Origin: an uncultured Bacilli bacterium
Lineage (GTDB): Bacteria > Bacillota_I > Bacilli_A > RF39 > UBA660
Length of the DNA stretch: 48,694 nucleotides
Assembly: GCA_934097015.1 (NCBI GenBank)
Contig: CAKONF010000004.1
Coordinates: 1-48,694 of the forward strand
Direction: 5' to 3'
The translations under genes and the position numbers were made by a program. Positions within the stretch are counted from its first letter, which is position 1. Each line of letters opens with the position of its first letter. Positions 43,933-48,694 of this stretch are shown piece by piece. The notes under the pieces are model-generated. The model saw only the letters and a list, made by a program, of their open reading frames with translations. It ran no database searches and had not been told where the DNA came from.

Positions 43933-45303
43933 ATGAAAATGGAAGATGTAGTTAATTATGCAAAACAATATGGATTTATATTTCAAGGTAGTGAAATATA
44001 TGGAGGGTTATCAAATACTTGGGATTACGGTCCTATAGGTAAAGAATTAAAAGAAAATATAAGACGTGCTTGGTGGAAAAAATTTATACAAGAAAATCCT
44101 TATAATTATGGACTAGATGCAGCAATACTTATGAATCCAGAAGTATGGGTAGCATCAGGACATGTAGCATCTTTTGCTGATCCACTTATAGACTGTAAAA
44201 AATGTAAAAGTAGATATAGAGCAGATAAATTAGTTGAAGACTTTACTGAAGGCAAAGAAACAGGAGATGGCTGGGATAATAAAAAACTAGAAAACTTTAT
44301 AAGTAATAATAATATATGTTGTCCTAAATGTGGTTCAAATGAATTTACTGATATTAGAAAATTCAACTTATTATTTGAAACACACATTGGTGTCACAGAA
44401 GATACTAAAAATATTTGTTATTTAAGAGGAGAAACAGCTCAAGGTATATTTACTAACTTTTTAAACGTACAAAGAAGTATGAGACTTAAAGTACCATTTG
44501 GTATAGGTCAAACAGGGAAAAGTTTTAGAAATGAAATCACACCAGGAAACTTTATATTTAGAACAAGAGAATTCGAACAAATGGAATTAGAATTCTTTTG
44601 CAAACCAAATACAGATTTAGAATGGTTTGGATATTATAAAAATTATTGTATGGATTTCTTAAAAAGTTTAGGAATTGATAAAGATAATTTAAGATTTAGA
44701 GATCACAAAAAAGAAGAATTATCTTTCTACAGTAAAGCAACAACAGATATAGAATATAAGTATCCTATGGGATGGGGAGAATTATGGGGAATTGCTGATA
44801 GAACTGATTATGATTTAGGCGTACATATGGAACATTCAAAACAAGATTTAAGATATCTTGATCCTGAAACTAATGAAAAATATTTACCATACGTTATTGA
44901 ACCTAGTGTAGGTTTAGATAGATTATTTTTAAGTGTATTATGTGATGGATTAAAACATGAAGAAATTGCATCAGGTGATATAAGAGAAGTATTTAAAGTA
45001 TTACCTTCTTTAGCCCCAATAAAAGCAACTATATTACCATTAATAAAAAAGAAACATAGTGAAAAAGCTATGGAAATTTACGGAAAACTTTGTACTGAAT
45101 TCTATGTATCTTATGATGAATCAGGAAGTATAGGAAAAAGATATAGAAGATGTGATGCAATAGGTACTCCATTTGCAATAACAGTTGATGATGAAACTCT
45201 AGAAAATAATACTGTCACAATTAGAGATAGGGATACAATGAAACAAGTTAAATTGAATATAGATGAACTAGTAAATTATATTAATGAAAGAATTAAATTC
45301 TAG
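43933..45303 (+). CDS. glyQS: Glycyl-tRNA synthetase, alpha2 (GlyQS) type
   Basis: [59 protein letters not shown] and the C-terminal anticodon-binding domain. Confidence 0.95.
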   Translation: MKMEDVVNYAKQYGFIFQGSEIYGGLSNTWDYGPIGKELKENIRRAWWKKFIQENPYNYGLDAAILMNPEVWVASGHVASFADPLIDCKKCKSRYRADKLVEDFTEGKETGDGWDNKKLENFISNNNICCPKCGSNEFTDIRKFNLLFETHIGVTEDTKNICYLRGETAQGIFTNFLNVQRSMRLKVPFGIGQTGKSFRNEITPGNFIFRTREFEQMELEFFCKPNTDLEWFGYYKNYCMDFLKSLGIDKDNLRFRDHKKEELSFYSKATTDIEYKYPMGWGELWGIADRTDYDLGVHMEHSKQDLRYLDPETNEKYLPYVIEPSVGLDRLFLSVLCDGLKHEEIASGDIREVFKVLPSLAPIKATILPLIKKKHSEKAMEIYGKLCTEFYVSYDESGSIGKRYRRCDAIGTPFAITVDDETLENNTVTIRDRDTMKQVKLNIDELVNYINERIKF

Positions 45304-45312
45304 TTCTTTAAT

Positions 45313-45388
45313 TGCCCTGTAGCCAAGTGGTAAGGCAGTGGACTCTGACTCCATGATTCCGTGTGTTCGAATCACACCAGGGCAGCCA
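45313..45388 (+). tRNA. tRNA-Gln (anticodon CUG), CCA encoded
   Basis: Acceptor TGCCCTG/CAGGGCA. D-arm GCC-AAGTGGTAA-GGC. Anticodon arm GTGGA-CTCTGAC-TCCAT. T-arm GTGTG-TTCGAAT-CACAC. Ends GCCA. Confidence 0.85.
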
Positions 45389-45389
45389 C

Positions 45390-45465
45390 GCTAAATTAGC
45401 TCAATTGGTAGAGCAACTGAATCGTAATCAGTAGGTTGCGGGTTCGATTCCTGCATTTAGCACCA
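45390..45465 (+). tRNA. tRNA-Thr (anticodon CGU), CCA encoded
   Basis: Acceptor GCTAAAT/ATTTAGC. D-arm GCTC-AATTGGTA-GAGC. Anticodon arm ACTGA-ATCGTAA-TCAGT. T-arm GCGGG-TTCGATT-CCTGC. Ends ACCA. Confidence 0.85.
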
Positions 45466-45477
45466 TTTAGAAATAAT

Positions 45478-45499
45478 GCTCGTATTTACGGGCTTTTTT
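45478..45499 (+). terminator. Rho-independent terminator after the tRNA pair
   Basis: GCTCGTA-TT-TACGGGC followed by T6. Confidence 0.65.
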
Positions 45500-45590
45500 A
45501 ATTCTTTTAATTTTCCAAACACACCTGTAAAAACACTTTTTTATAATTAAATAATGATTAATTATTTTTTTAATATTAAATTATGAATTT

Positions 45591-46321
45591 CTATTGTTTT
45601 TTCTTTTTAACTAATACCTTTTCTTTTTCTTCAAAATATTCTTTCGCTATATCAATTTCTTCCTTAATATAACTTTTTTGTAATTTTTTATCTAATTTAC
45701 CTTGTTGAAAATAACGATAATATTTATTTTCATTATATCCTAAATTATAATACAAATTTAAATAGAATTTTATTCTTTTTAATTGTTTTAAATCATCTAC
45801 TGTTTTAAAACAATATTGTTTATCTAAAATTCGTTTAGTATTTTTTTCATTTTGCAATTTAATTAAATTTTCTTTTTCTTTTTTCAACTGTGACTTAAGA
45901 TAATTAAGTTCACTATTTATTCCATTAAATTCATTTAAATTGTCTTTATGATTATAATATATCTCTGAATCAATTATTATTCCAAGTGGTAAAAAAGATG
46001 AAAGAGTTTTTATATAAAAAAATAAAATAATCTTTGAATTAGCAAAAAATAGATTTGAACCAGTTAATATAAAAAAAGAAGTGGTGAGATAATTGCAGAC
46101 GCTAAAAAAGCAACATATGTAGCATGTGGAATAAATTTCTTTTTTATATTATATTTTTTACATTCATTACTTAAATCTTTTATTTTATTTTCTATTTCCT
46201 CTATTAAATTTTCTTTAACTAAAATTTCATCTATATTATCACAATAATCAATTTCAGTATGTACACCATTTTCATCACTTATAATAACTTTTCCATTTAA
46301 ATATGTATATTCTTTATTCAT
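45591..46321 (-). pseudogene. Probably disrupted gene (N-domain + TM segments + coiled coil) split into three pieces
   Basis: ORF 46321->46064 ends just after a T7 run (A7 on the plus strand, 46071-46077). The next TM-like segment (ILTGSNLFFANSKIILFFLYKNSFIFFTTW) is in another frame. It is separated by an in-frame TGA from the 45887->45591 ORF, which has no ATG of its own. Confidence 0.4.
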
Positions 46322-46429
46322 AAATGAACCTCATTTCTTGTATGATATTATACCATGACATAAAATAAATTTAAACAATAAACAATCACTTAATAAAGTA
46401 TGATATAATTGTAAAAAACGAGGTGAAAT

Positions 46430-47167
46430 ATGAAAACTTTAGAAATAGTATTTGGAAATTCAAGCTATAATAATTTAAAAAAATGTAATTTAAAAAATAG
46501 CAATATTTTAATGATTAATACATCATTTAATATTGGAGATATATCTAACATATCAAATTATAAAATTATAATTCCAAACGAACTATATTTAGATAGTAAA
46601 AATAACAATATAAAAGAAGAAACCAATATAATACTAAATAGTATTAATAAAAAAAATAAGATAAGAGTATGGACTAGTAAAGAAAATATTTATTCTTATT
46701 TAATAATGTTATATATATCAGATATTATAAAAGATTATAATTATGAATTAAATGTTATATATAGTGATAATTATAATAAAGATTTTAAATCAATAAGTAT
46801 GATGACAAAAGAAGAAATAAAAGATTTAATAAAATCAGAACACAAATTAACTAAAAAAGAAATAGATAATAATTCAAAACTTTGGAAAAAGTTAGTAAAA
46901 GAAAACTCTGAGTTAAGAATAATAGAAAATGGAATTGTTAAATCAGTATCATTAGATTATTATGACGAATATATTTTAAACACATTAAATAAATTAGGAA
47001 AAGTTAAAGTTAATAAATTAATAGGAAATTTAATAAAAGATATATATTTACAAGATACATTATATTTATATCTAATAAAAAAACTAATGAGTACTAAAAA
47101 AATAAAAATGAATATAAATAACAATACTATATTTACTGAAAACTTAATAGAAGTAAATAATGAATAG
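46430..47167 (+). CDS. Hypothetical protein (DUF1835-like N-terminus)
   Basis: RBS GAGGTGA. 'LEIVFGNSSYNNLKK' resembles the DUF1835 '(H)IvFG.saaGsLk' start. Otherwise unrecognised. Confidence 0.6.
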   Translation: MKTLEIVFGNSSYNNLKKCNLKNSNILMINTSFNIGDISNISNYKIIIPNELYLDSKNNNIKEETNIILNSINKKNKIRVWTSKENIYSYLIMLYISDIIKDYNYELNVIYSDNYNKDFKSISMMTKEEIKDLIKSEHKLTKKEIDNNSKLWKKLVKENSELRIIENGIVKSVSLDYYDEYILNTLNKLGKVKVNKLIGNLIKDIYLQDTLYLYLIKKLMSTKKIKMNINNNTIFTENLIEVNNE

Positions 47168-47184
47168 AAAAGGTGAATTATAAA

Positions 47185-47766
47185 ATGAAATTAGTATTAG
47201 CAAGTACATCAAAATTTAAAAGTGAAATATTAAATAAAGTACATTTAACACATACATGTATTAAAAATGATTATAATGAAAATAATATAATAAAACAAAA
47301 TGTATATGATTATGTAAAAAAATTATCATATGAAAAAGCAAAAAATGTAGAAAATAAAATAAAAGATTCTATTATATTAGGATTAGATACAGTAGTTTAT
47401 GTAGATAATAAAATATTAGAAAAACCAAAATCAATAGAAGAAGCAAAAAATAATATAAAAATAAGTACAAATAAAACAACTAAAGTAATAACTGGTATAA
47501 CTTTAATAAATCAAATAAATGGCGAAATAGTAAACGATTATCAAGAAACACTTATAACTCTAAGAAATATTGATGATATAGACATAGAATATTATATAAA
47601 AAATGAACCAGATATTATGTATGCTTCAGGTTTTATAATAGAAACAATAATGTCTAATTTTATAGAAAATATAAATGGTAGTTATTATAATATTTTAGGT
47701 ATACCAGTAGAAAAAATATATAATTATTTATTAAATTGGAATATACACTTAAAGGATTTAGATTAA
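47185..47766 (+). CDS. maf: Maf-like nucleoside triphosphate pyrophosphatase
   Basis: MKLVLASTSKFKSEIL, GLDTVVYVDNKILEKPKS and YASGFIIE motifs. Confidence 0.8.
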   Translation: MKLVLASTSKFKSEILNKVHLTHTCIKNDYNENNIIKQNVYDYVKKLSYEKAKNVENKIKDSIILGLDTVVYVDNKILEKPKSIEEAKNNIKISTNKTTKVITGITLINQINGEIVNDYQETLITLRNIDDIDIEYYIKNEPDIMYASGFIIETIMSNFIENINGSYYNILGIPVEKIYNYLLNWNIHLKDLD

Positions 47767-47767
47767 T

Positions 47768-48574
47768 ATGTTAAAAAAAGTATATATAGAAATAACTAAT
47801 GACTGTAATTTATCATGTTCATTTTGTATAAAAAATAAAAGAAACAAAAAATATATGTCATTTAATGAATTTAAAATTATATTAAACAAACTTAATGGAT
47901 ATACAGAATATTTATATTTACATGTATTAGGAGAACCATTACTTCATCCAAAAATAAATGAATTTATAGATTATGCTAGTAAATATTATAAAATTAATTT
48001 AACAACAAATGGTTATTTAATTCAAAATATAATTAATAATAAAAATATAAGACAACTAAATATATCATTACAAAGTTATAATGAATTATATAATATTAGT
48101 TTAGAAGAATATATGAATAACATATTTAAAACAGTAGATAAATTAAAAAAATATACATATATATCATATAGAATATGGATAAAAAATAAATATACAAAAG
48201 ATATAATAAATTTAATAAATAAAAAATATGATAGTAAATTAGATATTAATAATTTAAAAAACAACACTACAATTACAAAAAATATATTTATTAGTACTAA
48301 TGAAGAATTTATATGGCCTGATTTAAATAATGATTACTATAATGAAATTGGTACATGTTATGCTTTAAAAGATCATATAGGTATATTAGTAGATGGAACT
48401 TTAGTACCATGTTGTTTAGATAGTAAAGGAATTATAAATTTAGGAAATATATTTGAAGACAATTTAAATGATATTATAAAAAGTGATAGATATCAAAATA
48501 TGTTAAATGGATTTAAAAATAATAAAAAAATAGAAAACTTATGTAAAAAATGCAAATATATATTGCACCATTAA
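47768..48574 (+). CDS. Radical SAM protein with a SPASM/twitch-like Cys-rich C-terminus
   Basis: EITNDCNLSCSFC (CxxxCxxC). C-terminal CY...PCC...CKKCKY cysteines. Confidence 0.8.
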   Translation: MLKKVYIEITNDCNLSCSFCIKNKRNKKYMSFNEFKIILNKLNGYTEYLYLHVLGEPLLHPKINEFIDYASKYYKINLTTNGYLIQNIINNKNIRQLNISLQSYNELYNISLEEYMNNIFKTVDKLKKYTYISYRIWIKNKYTKDIINLINKKYDSKLDINNLKNNTTITKNIFISTNEEFIWPDLNNDYYNEIGTCYALKDHIGILVDGTLVPCCLDSKGIINLGNIFEDNLNDIIKSDRYQNMLNGFKNNKKIENLCKKCKYILHH

Positions 48575-48694
48575 TTTAAAAATGATATATTATATTTAAG
48601 GTAGAGATACCTAAAAACAAATTTTACGATTCATGAAAAAACAAGAAACATACTTCTTCCCCAACCCCAAAAATCGTTGGGGGGGGGGGTATAA
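48563..48694 (+). promoter_or_regulatory. Leader element copy D (B-type), truncated by the window end
   Basis: TGATATATT extended -10 (48583-48591). GGTA-GAGA-TACC at 48600-48611. The rest is near-identical to 13477-13557, including G11 at 48679-48689. Confidence 0.6.

Noticed and set aside
45591-46321. In-frame TGA read as Trp (genetic code 4), as in Mollicutes-like low-GC organisms.
   Set aside because: Every recognisable housekeeping protein in the window is full-length under the standard code with no internal TGA, and rbfA terminates at a TGA. So TGA is a stop codon here.
1-48694. Search by eye for CRISPR arrays, rRNA genes, transposases, integrases, IS inverted repeats and prophage modules.
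   Set aside because: No regularly spaced direct repeats, no rRNA-like conserved stretches and no recombinase-like ORFs were found. The only multi-copy DNA is the surface-gene family and its leaders.

Overview
The window is very AT-rich (roughly a quarter G+C by eye), uses the standard genetic code, and looks like an endospore-forming Firmicute: sigG, ylmC/ymxH, spoVID-like and CotS/YsxE-like genes are present. The backbone is housekeeping: rbfA, nrnA-like, truB, thiI, a P-type ATPase, gmk, a patatin-like lipase, yebC, an OmpR/HK pair, T-box-tyrS, lspA, an rluD-family gene, a T-box-LOG-glyQS operon, tRNA-Gln and tRNA-Thr, maf and a radical SAM gene. No CRISPR array, transposase or integrase was seen. 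Two things stand out. (1) A dispersed family of secreted proteins carries SipW-type signal peptides ('TYAYF') and a TasA/camelysin-like N-terminal beta-sandwich. Most members add variable middles and a conserved C-terminal 'WRIVR...RP-INL...GDGT-NPY' domain. I found 6 intact or partial copies, 1 decayed copy, and the same domain in an unrelated operon. A tasA-like/unknown/sipW operon lies at 18.6-21.0 kb. Four loci are preceded by a conserved promoter plus structured leader: a long hairpin followed by a T-run, whose 3' arm holds a G homopolymer. The tract is G11 in three copies and G5 in front of the decayed gene. This suggests a phase-variable or attenuator-controlled, recombining surface-protein system. 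(2) A four-gene operon at 36.5-41.6 kb encodes a membrane-anchored McrB-like GTPase, a McrC/DUF2357-like partner with no recognisable nuclease, an unknown protein, and a transmembrane protein with Ca-binding D-x-D-x-DG repeats ending in the TasA-like domain. All homology calls come from reading motifs by eye and need HMM or structure confirmation.
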